21,148 nucleotides of DNA from a virus, in IMG/VR virus record IMGVR_UViG_3300027811_000039, positions 1 to 21,148 of that record; one strand, written 5' to 3'. Positions within the stretch are counted from its first letter, which is position 1; every line of letters starts with the position of its first letter. A program made the translations under genes and the position numbers. Shown here one piece after another: positions 1 to 8,406 of this stretch. The notes under the pieces were generated by a model. It was not told where the DNA came from. It was given only the letters and a program-made list of their open reading frames with translations, and ran no database searches.

Positions 1-810
1 TTTTTTTGCCCATTTTTCTTTGCCGCTCATTTGCAAAACCCTATAATCCATCGCACTTACAAATGTGCAATATCCCATCGTCATGGCAATAATCCTTGAA
101 ATGATCGCTTCACCAAACTCGCTAAACCTATCTGCTAATTGATCTAAATTATAATTCGATGTGAATCCTGTGGCCTTTCGCTTATTATATCTGCTATCAA
201 TAATCCTGAAATACTGGGCCTGTACCCATTCAGTGCATTTTTCTTTTCCCAAATCATCAAAGATAACCACATCAGCATTAACAAGGATCTCAATTTTCTG
301 CTCAAATTCCATCCCATCTTTAGAAAACTGTGCAGCCCTCAATTCTGCCATAAGGCTGTTGGTCGGCACAAAAACTACAGATTGCCCCATTATTAATATA
401 TGGTTTGCAATAATTTGGGCCAACATAGATTTCCCAATACCAACGGTTCCCGATAACATGAACCCTTCACCCTTTTTCCAGACCTCTCCCCCCAAATACA
501 CATTAACCGCTTGAACCATCTTCATTGTTTCCGGTGTCACCTTATAATCTCCAAGGGTAAACTTGGATTGCTGATCAGTAAGTCCCGATGCCCTGAACAA
601 CCTTTTTTGGGCTTTTTGGGCCTTGCATGAACAAACTGCAACATCATTTACGAACCCATCTCTTTCAATGGGCACAACTTCCCGATCCTGACATATAGGG
701 CAATCATATATAAAAGCAGAATCCTCCCTTGGAACAATACCCATTTTCTTGTTTAGTTCTGCTCTCTCTTTCATTCTCTCAATCATTGCTACGAATGGAT
801 TGTCAGTCAA
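1..810 (-). CDS. DnaC/IstB-like AAA+ helicase loader, 3' end runs off the window
   Basis: Translated by hand (absent from the ORF track). TTG start at 810 after GGGAGAG, MTDNPFVAM..., Zn motif CPICQD...CSC, Walker A GTVGIGKS, Walker B VVIFDDLGKE, IIDSRY...TSN, and SRI. Lies downstream of the initiator gene. Confidence 0.9.
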   Translation of the reverse strand, partial: MTDNPFVAMIERMKERAELNKKMGIVPREDSAFIYDCPICQDREVVPIERDGFVNDVAVCSCKAQKAQKRLFRASGLTDQQSKFTLGDYKVTPETMKMVQAVNVYLGGEVWKKGEGFMLSGTVGIGKSMLAQIIANHILIMGQSVVFVPTNSLMAELRAAQFSKDGMEFEQKIEILVNADVVIFDDLGKEKCTEWVQAQYFRIIDSRYNKRKATGFTSNYNLDQLADRFSEFGEAIISRIIAMTMGYCTFVSAMDYRVLQMSGKEKWAKK

Positions 811-835
811 TACCGATCTCTCCCATCAAAAACTA

Positions 836-1075
836 TTATTCTTTTGATTCTTTAATAATTTTAATAATTTTTTCTGAAAATTTGTTAAATTCTTCTGATC
901 CAAATCTGATATCTATCCCAATATTTGGTCTATCTTCATACATTGTGGACAAAAACTCTATACCAAACGTTCCATCTTCAAACATACACACATTTATGCT
1001 AGTTTCTCCATCACCAAGTTTGATAATATACGTCTCTTTTTTATAAATACTCATTTTGAAAATCATTCCTTTCAA
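836..1075 (-). CDS. hypothetical phage protein (true start may be slightly downstream)
   Basis: ORF overlaps the stop of the initiator gene and is co-oriented in the replication operon. Confidence 0.6.
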   Translation of the reverse strand: MKGMIFKMSIYKKETYIIKLGDGETSINVCMFEDGTFGIEFLSTMYEDRPNIGIDIRFGSEEFNKFSEKIIKIIKESKE

Positions 1076-2025
1076 TTTTGGGTTATATAAAATTTTTCAT
1101 ACTTCGTACTTTTGGGTTTTTCTTCTACGGATTTCGCACTATTCCCTTGTCCCTTTTTTGGTTTACTTTCAAATTTTTTATCTTCTTCCTGAATTTCATG
1201 AATAGTTCTTAACCCCTTTTTATTCCATTCCCTGACTATACCATCAATATAGCTGAAATTCCTTATGCCTCTTGCTACTGATTTTCTTAAAGCATGGACA
1301 GCTAATTCCTCGCCAACTTCATCATAAATCTTCTGGAGATTTTCCCCATCAAAACCTTTCAATGCCCTGCCGAACTCACGTTCATATATTTTATAAACAC
1401 GTTCAAATGCTGGATCAATGGTCGATGCTTCTCTCGGAATTTCCAAAAAATCAAAATCCGGCATCCAATTATCTCCACATTGTTTGTTATTATTATGGTT
1501 ATATTTTATATCTGGTACTTTTATATCTGGTACTTTTATATCCCCTATTTGCACCACCTCTGAAACCTCCCCCTCTGAAGCCAACCCCTCTAAAACAGGG
1601 GTATGGGTGAGATTGTCCATCCCCCCTTTTTCAGGGGTAAGGCTCGTACTATTCTTTTCCCCCTCTATTTCCTCCACAATTTTTATCTGTTCTTCAATTT
1701 CCGATTCATTAATAATCAATATATATAAAGTTCCTTTGAACTTATTATTGCTCGTTCTGATTCTCTCTGTTTTAACCAATCCTTTAGTCTTTAAAATTTT
1801 GAGATGTTTATAAAACGTATCTTCCGTCATTCCTAATTCTTTTAGCATTAATTCCACACTTGGAAAACACTCCATTTTTACACCTGAAAAACTAGCTAGG
1901 TATGCATATATAGCTTTTGCTTGATATGTTATCTCTTTTGTCCTCATTAATTTCTGGGCAATAAAGCCATAACCATGCGATAAAATTGTATTTCTAAACA
2001 TCGGTTCAACTCTAATTTCATCCAT
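1072..2025 (-). CDS. phage replication initiator (N-terminal winged HTH, C-terminal DnaD/DnaB_2 domain)
   Basis: N-terminal AKAIYAYLASF...CFPSVELMLKELGM...FYKHLKILKTKGLV. C-terminal YEREFGR...VHALRKSVARGIRNFSYIDGIVREW is DnaD-like. GGAGG RBS and adjacent DnaC-like gene. Confidence 0.88.
   Translation of the reverse strand: MDEIRVEPMFRNTILSHGYGFIAQKLMRTKEITYQAKAIYAYLASFSGVKMECFPSVELMLKELGMTEDTFYKHLKILKTKGLVKTERIRTSNNKFKGTLYILIINESEIEEQIKIVEEIEGEKNSTSLTPEKGGMDNLTHTPVLEGLASEGEVSEVVQIGDIKVPDIKVPDIKYNHNNNKQCGDNWMPDFDFLEIPREASTIDPAFERVYKIYEREFGRALKGFDGENLQKIYDEVGEELAVHALRKSVARGIRNFSYIDGIVREWNKKGLRTIHEIQEEDKKFESKPKKGQGNSAKSVEEKPKSTKYEKFYITQN
1504..1600. repeat. 15-bp tandem repeats inside the initiator gene, candidate origin iterons
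   Basis: TTTTATATCTGGTAC x2.6 (1504-1542), then three (A/C)CCTCT(G/A)AA copies at 15-bp spacing (1556-1600), in the interdomain linker next to an AT-rich stretch. Confidence 0.65.
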
Positions 2026-2150
2026 TTTTAATTTTCCTCCCCCTCAAAAATTTGGTGGCACCTTCAATTATATACAATCTGACGGACACAAGGTAGATCA
2101 AAAAACTATGTCCCTCCGATTCTTACACCATGTAATATTTCCCATTAAAA

Positions 2151-2188
2151 AAGTCGGACTGAGTTAAAGATACTCAATCCGACTTGTT
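2151..2188. terminator. hairpin terminator or attenuator upstream of the initiator gene
   Basis: AAGTCGGACTGAGT-7nt-ACTCAATCCGACTT. It is followed by a T-run on the minus strand. Confidence 0.6.
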
Positions 2189-2233
2189 ACTCTCATTATC
2201 ATTATTTACCACTAAAAACTTGTCCGAATTATA

Positions 2234-2263
2234 TTGATTCCGGTTTTGTTCCTGTGGTATAAT
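2234..2263 (+). promoter_or_regulatory. sigmaA-type promoter with extended -10
   Basis: TTGATT-18nt-TATAAT with TG at the extended position (TGGTATAAT). Confidence 0.65.
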
Positions 2264-2269
2264 GAACCT

Positions 2270-2353
2270 AAGCAATTCAAGTCTTAAAGATGTTAGATAT
2301 CTTTAAGGCAGGACTTCCGGGAGTGCCAACTCCTTGAAGTCCATTTTGTTTTT
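2270..2353 (+). ncRNA. putative ~80-nt two-hairpin small RNA antisense to the replication-gene leader
   Basis: Follows the 2234-2263 promoter. Hairpins are CTTAAAGAT/ATCTTTAAG (2283-2307) and GGACTTC..GGAG-TGCCAA-CTCC..GAAGTCC (2311-2342), then a T-rich tail. Confidence 0.4.
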
Positions 2354-2447
2354 ATTCACTTATGGGAAGGTCACGACTTGTGGACATTATATCATAAATC
2401 CACCTTGGACAACATAGAATTTATTTACGGTATGGAGGTAAGCTTGG

Positions 2448-3191
2448 ATGATTCTAAGGATTACGAACAAATGCCACATGGGATGCTCCCATTGCTTTGA
2501 TAACGCATCTCCCGAAGGTAAGCACATGGATTTCGATACCTTCCGCAATTCCTTGAAATTTATTTCCAGATCAACTGCCAAAATGATTCTCCTTACAGGC
2601 GGGGAACCAAGTGAACATCCCCAATTCATAGAAATAGCAGAACTGCTAAAAAGAAAAATGGCCCGTCCCGAACTAATGATAATCGCAAGCAACGGTATGT
2701 TTTTACATAATAAAAAATATACAGAGGAAATTCTAAGTTTAAATATCAAAATCCAGATCACCAACGACCAAAGATTCTATCCGCAAAGCATCCCGATCAT
2801 CGAACATGAAAACCTTTGCTACATAAACGAAATACAACATCTGTTTCCCCTCGGTAGGGCTGTAACAAACAATCTCAGCATAGATGACATGGAAATAAAA
2901 CTTGTCTATCCAAAATGTTTTAACGCTAGAAGCATCGTGCGATCTAGATATATAAGCAATTTTCAGGATCTCATTAAATTCTATGAATTAAAAATACAGA
3001 AATTTTGCATTCCATCCATAGATATTAACGGCGGGATCCACATGGGCGAAACCGATGAATGTTTCAAAATCGGAACTGTAACGGATGATTTAAAAACAAT
3101 ATTTGATAAGATAAGATCAATGGAATTGGGAGATTGCAATAAATGCGGGTTAGAAAATAATCTTTTGGGTAAATACAGGGATGCCCTTTAA
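2448..3191 (+). CDS. radical SAM protein with a C-terminal Cys-containing (twitch/SPASM-like) extension
   Basis: ITNKCHMGCSHC (CxxxCxxC), LTGGEP, IASNG, C-terminal FCIP...ECFKIG...CNKCG, and a GGAGG RBS. Confidence 0.9.
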   Translation: MILRITNKCHMGCSHCFDNASPEGKHMDFDTFRNSLKFISRSTAKMILLTGGEPSEHPQFIEIAELLKRKMARPELMIIASNGMFLHNKKYTEEILSLNIKIQITNDQRFYPQSIPIIEHENLCYINEIQHLFPLGRAVTNNLSIDDMEIKLVYPKCFNARSIVRSRYISNFQDLIKFYELKIQKFCIPSIDINGGIHMGETDECFKIGTVTDDLKTIFDKIRSMELGDCNKCGLENNLLGKYRDAL

Positions 3192-4957
3192 GGACGCTCA
3201 CGACTATTGATGCATTTCAGATATGCTGGCTCACTCTGCGGTACTGGTACACTCTCATGGTATGGATCACTCACAAGTATTGGGTTATCTCACGGATGTT
3301 GATTCACTCATGCTTGACGGTGCTCTCGACCTTGATGGTTCGCTCCTCAAATCTGGTACACTCTAAGATGATGGCTCACTCTAAGGATTTGATTCCATCA
3401 TGTGGTCTGATTCACTCATGGCTATTGAAACTATCAAAGTTGCTGATTCACTCTACGGACATGGTATACTCTTGCGGAAATGGTTCACTCTAAGGTAGTG
3501 TTACTGTCATTGGCGGTGGTTCAATCAATTGAGATGTTGCAATCAATCTTTGTGATTCACTAATGGTTTGTGGTACTCTCCGTCCCATTGGTTCACTTCT
3601 AACCGCTGATATAATCCTTCCCGATGGTTCACTCAATAATTATGGGTACAATCATCTATGGTGATTCATTCTTTGTTAATGCTCTTTTCTTGTGCGTTGA
3701 TTCACTCTGCGGATATGGTACAATCAAGTTCAACGATTCACTCATTAGCGATGATATATTTCCGTTCAATGATTCATTATTGAAACACTCAGTTATATTA
3801 TTTCTATCCGTTTATGTGGTTCACTCACTTATTCTGTTATATTTTTATTGTACGGTTCGCTCTTTCTTTATGTTCTATCGCTTTGGTTGGCTCGATTAGC
3901 TGCTATGAAATAATCCTGTCCTACTGACTCACTTAGAGACTTTGAAATCATCCAGCAACATGGTTCACTCAAACGTTTCATTACTATCTTAACTTGTGGT
4001 TCGCTGGCATATAATGAGTTTTCTAATTCTTTGGCTCACTCCAAAATTACGGTGCTATCTTATCTTGTGATTCGTTCATCTGTTCTGATACTATCGGAAA
4101 GCTTGACTCACTCCCTAACGGTGATAAAATCCTAATAATTGGTTCACTTCTCTACATTGGGTATCTCAATGCAGCTGGTTCACTTCAAATATACGTTGCT
4201 CTCCTATCGTTTGGTTCGATCATTTTTTATGATAGATCGGTTATCATGTCTCGCTCCCTAATTTCGGTACACTCGGAAACCTTGACTCGCTCCCTTACTT
4301 CGTTACTGTCGGAAACCTTGGCTCATTCAACTCCCATGTTTCAATTTGTGTATCTGATTCACTCTAACAATATGGAATTAACTCGATGTTAGTGGTTCGC
4401 TCTCTCTTTTTGGATCTCTAGAAATTGGCTCACTCTCATAAAATGCACATTTCTATGTTCGTGATTCGCTTTTCTAATGTTGTTATTATTCGATATTATT
4501 GGCTCACTCGGAATTCTCGATAAATCAAGGGCTTTGGTTCGCTATTACATAATGATGGAAGTCACTCATTTTGGCTCACTCTTGGTATTTGATATATCAA
4601 AAGCTTTGGTTCACTCCATTTGTTCGGTTCATACTTCACCTTAATATTTCATACAATTCTACAGAACCCTTCATGGTACATAACCATTCTGTAAATTGGG
4701 CCAGTGATAATTCAGCCCCTTCGTCTTGACCATGATAAGCATTAGCTTGATCCTGAAGGATGTAAATTAGATCCGCAAGATCCCGGTATACGATCTCTGC
4801 TAAAACCTTTTTATGCCCACTCACATTCCCCACACTCTCCTTTTGGTTCACTCACTACTTCTGTTAAAATCAATGGCGTTTGGTTCACTCACATTCATGG
4901 TGATCTCCATTTCTTCGGTTCGCTAACAGTAATTGATTTAATCACAGTTCATGGCTA
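3192..4957 (-). repeat. TIGR-like array 1 (orphan), about 43 units of 36 nt with two alternating 9-nt repeats and two ~9-nt spacers
   Basis: The + strand reads TG(G/A)(T/C)TC(A/G)CT-N9-TG(G/A)TAC(A/T)(A/C)T-N9, e.g. tggttcgct cctcaaatc tggtacact ctaagatga. I counted about 40 units at 3192-4633 and 3 at 4844-4957. Repeats and orientation match array 2. Confidence 0.88.
4636..4824 (-). CDS. 62-aa hypothetical protein embedded in array 1
   Basis: AAGGAGAG RBS, GTG start, MSGHKKVLAEIVYRDLADLIYILQDQ... The sequence is non-repetitive and flanked on both sides by array units. Confidence 0.7.
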   Translation of the reverse strand: MSGHKKVLAEIVYRDLADLIYILQDQANAYHGQDEGAELSLAQFTEWLCTMKGSVELYEILR

Positions 4958-4960
4958 TAC

Positions 4961-4980
4961 TTGTCCTATATATTATAACA
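4961..4980 (-). promoter_or_regulatory. extended -10 promoter likely driving array 1
   Basis: TGTTATAAT-ATATA-GGACAAG on the minus strand, about 15 nt before the first repeat. Confidence 0.6.
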
Positions 4981-4996
4981 TAGGTGGTGTTTTATT

Positions 4997-5167
4997 ATGG
5001 CTGAATGCCTTGGTTGTGACGAATTTCCTCTTGGTTGCGGATCCCCCAAATGTCTAACAGGGAAGGTCAATGAATATCTAATATGCAAGTACGATTCATC
5101 AATTAGTTGCCTTTTTGAAATTTACGTTGAAGATATTTGTATGTGCTGCCCAAATTATCATCCATGA
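4997..5167 (+). CDS. 56-aa cysteine-rich peptide (9 Cys)
   Basis: Hand translation MAECLGCDEFPLGCGSPKCLTGKVNEYLICKYDSSISCLFEIYVEDICMCCPNYHP. AGGTGG RBS upstream and a terminator immediately downstream. Confidence 0.65.
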   Translation: MAECLGCDEFPLGCGSPKCLTGKVNEYLICKYDSSISCLFEIYVEDICMCCPNYHP

Positions 5168-5197
5168 TCCCCTCAAATCACGAAGGGGGTTTTTCTT
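5168..5197 (+). terminator. intrinsic terminator
   Basis: TCCCCTC-loop-GAAGGGGG followed by a T-run. Confidence 0.6.
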
Positions 5198-5224
5198 CAT
5201 AATGAATTATCAGAACATTCCATG

Positions 5225-5521
5225 TTTATTCTTTTATTCTTTTACTCTTTTATATAATGTCAGAATATTATACGTTTATTCTTTTACTCTTTTATATAAA
5301 AGAGTATCTATATAAATACTCTTTTACTCTTCAAAGCAGACAACCTGACGGAGAATTTTTCAGACGTATCCATAACTTATACCATATTCTTACAAATGGT
5401 ATATTGTCTGAATACTTTGTGTTTATTCTTTTACTCTTTTATATAAATACTCTTTTACTCTTTTATATATTGAGTAACAATTCTGTCATTATTCTTTTCT
5501 TCTTTTATTCTTTTACTCTTC
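5225..5521. repeat. clustered 8-bp direct repeats TTTTA(C/T)TC, candidate centromere (parS/parC-like) or other protein-binding tract
   Basis: About six blocks such as TTTATTCTTTTACTCTTTTATATA near 5226, 5276, 5317, 5423, 5447 and 5490-5521, mostly intergenic. Confidence 0.55.
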
Positions 5522-5670
5522 ATCTCAAAACTAGATATAATATCACTTGGCTTATAGGGGATTCCATCTGGATCAACCAACACCGAATCGCCGAATTTAC
5601 ACGATTCATAATGCTTTCGGATACTCCAACCTTCCCAAATTCCACGCCCAGCCCACAATGTTAATGCCAT
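5455..5670 (-). CDS. small phage protein, weakly reminiscent of DUF3653
   Basis: AAGGGGAG RBS, own TGCTATAAT promoter, and the motif WEGWSIR...LVDPDGIPYKPSDI. Confidence 0.6.
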   Translation of the reverse strand: MALTLWAGRGIWEGWSIRKHYESCKFGDSVLVDPDGIPYKPSDIISSFEMKSKRIKEEKNNDRIVTQYIKE

Positions 5671-5823
5671 TAAAATCACTCCCCTTCTTGTCCCATATTA
5701 TAGCATACATTCAAAATGCAATATTTGTCACAATATGCAATATACGAATTGTAGACAAGCTAGAAAATTTAAGTTATATTGAGCTTTAAGGATCTAATTA
5801 ATTAAAATCCTCACAAACTGGAT

Positions 5824-6822
5824 GTGAATGAATTGTTTGAGGAAGAAAATATTGAATGGATTTTTAATGCAGATTGCAGAGATAAGAAACGAACTGGTAA
5901 CGGCATCCACGGACGAGCCGCACGATTGCGTAAAAAAGAAGCAGTCAAAATGCCCTCTGAACGCGAAACCGATAAATTCCAACGAAAATTAATATTGGGT
6001 GCTGGCCCATGTTATGTAACAACATTAAGGGAGATGAAATTATTGGAACTATTAGACAAGGTAAAGAGTAGACAACAAGTCACTATCGAAGAAATTAAAG
6101 AATTACCAATTCATGATGGTCTTGATATTTATAACGAACTAAGGAAAATGTATGATATCAAGGAATTGCAAGCAACTCTTAAATGTTCCATAAGAGATAT
6201 TATGGAGTTATCTTCTATCTTTAATTTAGGCTGGATGAAGAGGATCCAATATGGGGAATGGATTTCAATTGGAGAACTAAAAGCACTCCCCTTCGATGAT
6301 GGACAAAAAATTTATGCCGAACTCCGCAGACTACATACCACCGCAGATATGTATAAAGGTTTTTCTTGTTCCTCTGCTCAGATATCAGAAATGTCATATC
6401 ATTTTCAAGTTGCCAGATCTGGTAAAACAATTGTCGTTGGCGAATCAGCATTAGATATACTCCGTGGCTTTACTGAAAATAGACAAAATCAAGCAGAACA
6501 AAAACGCAAATCCACCCCTCCAACTAATAATTCAACAGACAAACCAAAACGACAATATAAAGCTCGCACACCCAAAGAAGAATCAACCACCGAAACCCAA
6601 AAGGAAATAGCAATCAATACTATGTACCAAGAAGAAATACCCGCCGATCAATTAACTCTCGTAGAAGTAAAAAATCCCGAGATTGACCTTCTCAGGATTT
6701 CAGTAAAAAATACTTATACAGCAGATCAAATCATGGCTTTTTTAACCCGCCTCCAATTATTTGTTGAGGGTCAGGATAATAAATTTGAGTTAAGTCTTAC
6801 TCTTCAAGAGAAATCTTCTTAA
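5824..6822 (+). CDS. hypothetical protein with an internal duplicated ~60-aa helical (HTH-like) unit
   Basis: 332-aa ORF. TIEEIKELPIHDGLDIYNELRKMY...LKCS aligns with SIGELKALPFDDGQKIYAELRRLH...FSCS. Confidence 0.75.
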   Translation: MNELFEEENIEWIFNADCRDKKRTGNGIHGRAARLRKKEAVKMPSERETDKFQRKLILGAGPCYVTTLREMKLLELLDKVKSRQQVTIEEIKELPIHDGLDIYNELRKMYDIKELQATLKCSIRDIMELSSIFNLGWMKRIQYGEWISIGELKALPFDDGQKIYAELRRLHTTADMYKGFSCSSAQISEMSYHFQVARSGKTIVVGESALDILRGFTENRQNQAEQKRKSTPPTNNSTDKPKRQYKARTPKEESTTETQKEIAINTMYQEEIPADQLTLVEVKNPEIDLLRISVKNTYTADQIMAFLTRLQLFVEGQDNKFELSLTLQEKSS

Positions 6823-7318
6823 ATTCTCTTTGGCTTTTTATCACATCAAAATGAAGTACCAATGCTGATGCTACGTCCCATCCGTACAAATTATATTGGG
6901 GATTCTTCCACGGAATTCTAGTTTCTCCCTGACCTCGCCATGTCAAATAAATTCCATCATATTTCTTTGCAGCTACTTCAAAATTAGGTATTTTATGAAA
7001 CTTGAATTCAAATTCTGGTATACTTTCGGCTTCTCCAACTTCATCAATTAGTTTTACTAAATCCCTTTGAGAATCTATTATATATAACTTAGCATCTTTC
7101 GTTAATGTAACAATGACCCCTTCTAAAACCTCATTACTGAGGAATCTCGCACTATTACACCATTCATGCCAAGGACTAACAAACTTTTCTTTAGGAGTAT
7201 ATGGACTTAGCCATAAACCTCCTTCTGGCTTTACGAATAGTGGAATATTGCATATAGGACTAAATTTTTCTTGCTCTAATTTAGTTTTACCTAGACATAT
7301 CCACTCTTTCACTTTCAT
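6797..7318 (-). CDS. hypothetical phage protein, possible ADP-ribosyltransferase-like fold
   Basis: 173-aa ORF with GAGG RBS. Motifs are KPEGGLWLSP, KYDGIYLT and LYGWDVASALVLHFDVIKS. The fold assignment is speculative. Confidence 0.7.
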   Translation of the reverse strand: MKVKEWICLGKTKLEQEKFSPICNIPLFVKPEGGLWLSPYTPKEKFVSPWHEWCNSARFLSNEVLEGVIVTLTKDAKLYIIDSQRDLVKLIDEVGEAESIPEFEFKFHKIPNFEVAAKKYDGIYLTWRGQGETRIPWKNPQYNLYGWDVASALVLHFDVIKSQREFKKISLEE

Positions 7319-7547
7319 GTATTTTAATCCTCACCTCAATCCAATTTTTAAATGATTCGTATTCCATTCTCCGAACTCTGTTAATTCTATGCATTTCGAC
7401 ATCTCTTTTTTTCTCTGCCTCAAATTCAAATTCTTTTAGTTTTTCAATTCTAATCTGCATTTCTAGAAGTATAATATCAACAGTTACTTCCAATGCTTCA
7501 CCCTCCAATTCTTTTCCCTTGAAGTGCTTTACTGGGTTTACAGCCAT
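7287..7547 (-). CDS. hypothetical coiled-coil phage protein
   Basis: Likely start MAVNPVKHF at 7547, downstream of a TATAAT at 7575-7580. Confidence 0.6.
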   Translation of the reverse strand: MAVNPVKHFKGKELEGEALEVTVDIILLEMQIRIEKLKEFEFEAEKKRDVEMHRINRVRRMEYESFKNWIEVRIKIHESERVDMSR

Positions 7548-7590
7548 TCCCCAGTAAAGCACTTCTTTTGTCCCATTATATACCACCAAT

Positions 7591-7627
7591 AAGGGGTTTG
7601 CTGGATTTTATTCTCAGCAAACCCCTC
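7591..7627. terminator. hairpin terminator after the GIY-YIG gene
   Basis: AGGGGTTTGCTG-11nt-CAGCAAACCCCT perfect stem. Confidence 0.7.
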
Positions 7628-7634
7628 TTAATTA

Positions 7635-8339
7635 TTATACATATATAAAATGATAACCTTTTGCATGTTTACGCCTACCACTTACTTGGGCTAAAACACA
7701 ACCCCGATAAGCATCTATATATCTCTCAGCACTAACCATGCTTTCAAATTCCATTTCTAATTCAACACAGAATACCTTTTTCTTTTTATTACCCGAATTC
7801 GGATTCATATTATGCTTTCGTCCATTTAATTTATTTACGTTTCTTGTCTCTGCTCTTTTATTCTTAGTTTCCTCACTTTGTTTCTTTCCAATATTAGATA
7901 ACCTAAGTTTTTCTCTTGTCGCTTCACTCACTCCATGACCAACTTTTGGGCCTTTGAGATTATTTTTAACCCTATTTATCTTATCCTCCTCCGATAATTC
8001 ATTCCATTGCCTCCTCGACCTCTTACTTAATACTTCCTTGATTTCAGCAGAATGATAATGCCCCTTGGCCCCTATTCCTCCTAATGTCTGGTTATATTCT
8101 GGATTTATTTTTGCTATCCAAAATATTTCTAATTCATTAAGTTTTCCCACCTCACACACTTCAATAATTTCAAAATAAAAATTATCTAGTCCATATTTTC
8201 TCAAAGCTCTTTTTAATACACGACACCTATCATCTCTATTAAGCAATTTGTGTTCATACCAACGCCTTTCAATATTCACACTTTGCCCAATATAACATTT
8301 GCCATTTATGAGATTCCTAATCCTATAAATACCTATCAT
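7635..8339 (-). CDS. GIY-YIG homing endonuclease with NUMOD3/NUMOD1-type C-terminal modules
   Basis: GIYRIRNLINGKCYIGQS...RRWYEH, LNELEIFWI...YN, HSAEIKEVLS / VSEATREKL / QSEETKNK repeats, and FESMVSAER...KGYHF. Confidence 0.92.
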   Translation of the reverse strand: MIGIYRIRNLINGKCYIGQSVNIERRWYEHKLLNRDDRCRVLKRALRKYGLDNFYFEIIEVCEVGKLNELEIFWIAKINPEYNQTLGGIGAKGHYHSAEIKEVLSKRSRRQWNELSEEDKINRVKNNLKGPKVGHGVSEATREKLRLSNIGKKQSEETKNKRAETRNVNKLNGRKHNMNPNSGNKKKKVFCVELEMEFESMVSAERYIDAYRGCVLAQVSGRRKHAKGYHFIYV

Positions 8340-8406
8340 TTATGCCTCCACTAATAAGCACGACCCAAGATTATTATAATCCTGAGTCGCGTTATTTTTG
8401 TTGTCA

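Noticed and set aside
161-1813. Plus-strand ORFs overlapping the replication genes, and similar antisense ORFs over recT, yqaJ, parA, mazF and tasA
   Set aside because: These are shadow frames opposite well-supported genes, with no motifs or RBS.
3257-3899. Plus-strand ORFs 3257-3493 and 3624-3899
   Set aside because: Their 12-aa periodicity (IHS/VHS, DSL/GSL) is just the 36-nt array read in frame, and they have no RBS.
5115-5789. Plus-strand ORFs 5115-5315, 5257-5664 and 5547-5789
   Set aside because: They are low-complexity translations of the TTTTACTC tract or antisense to 5455-5670.
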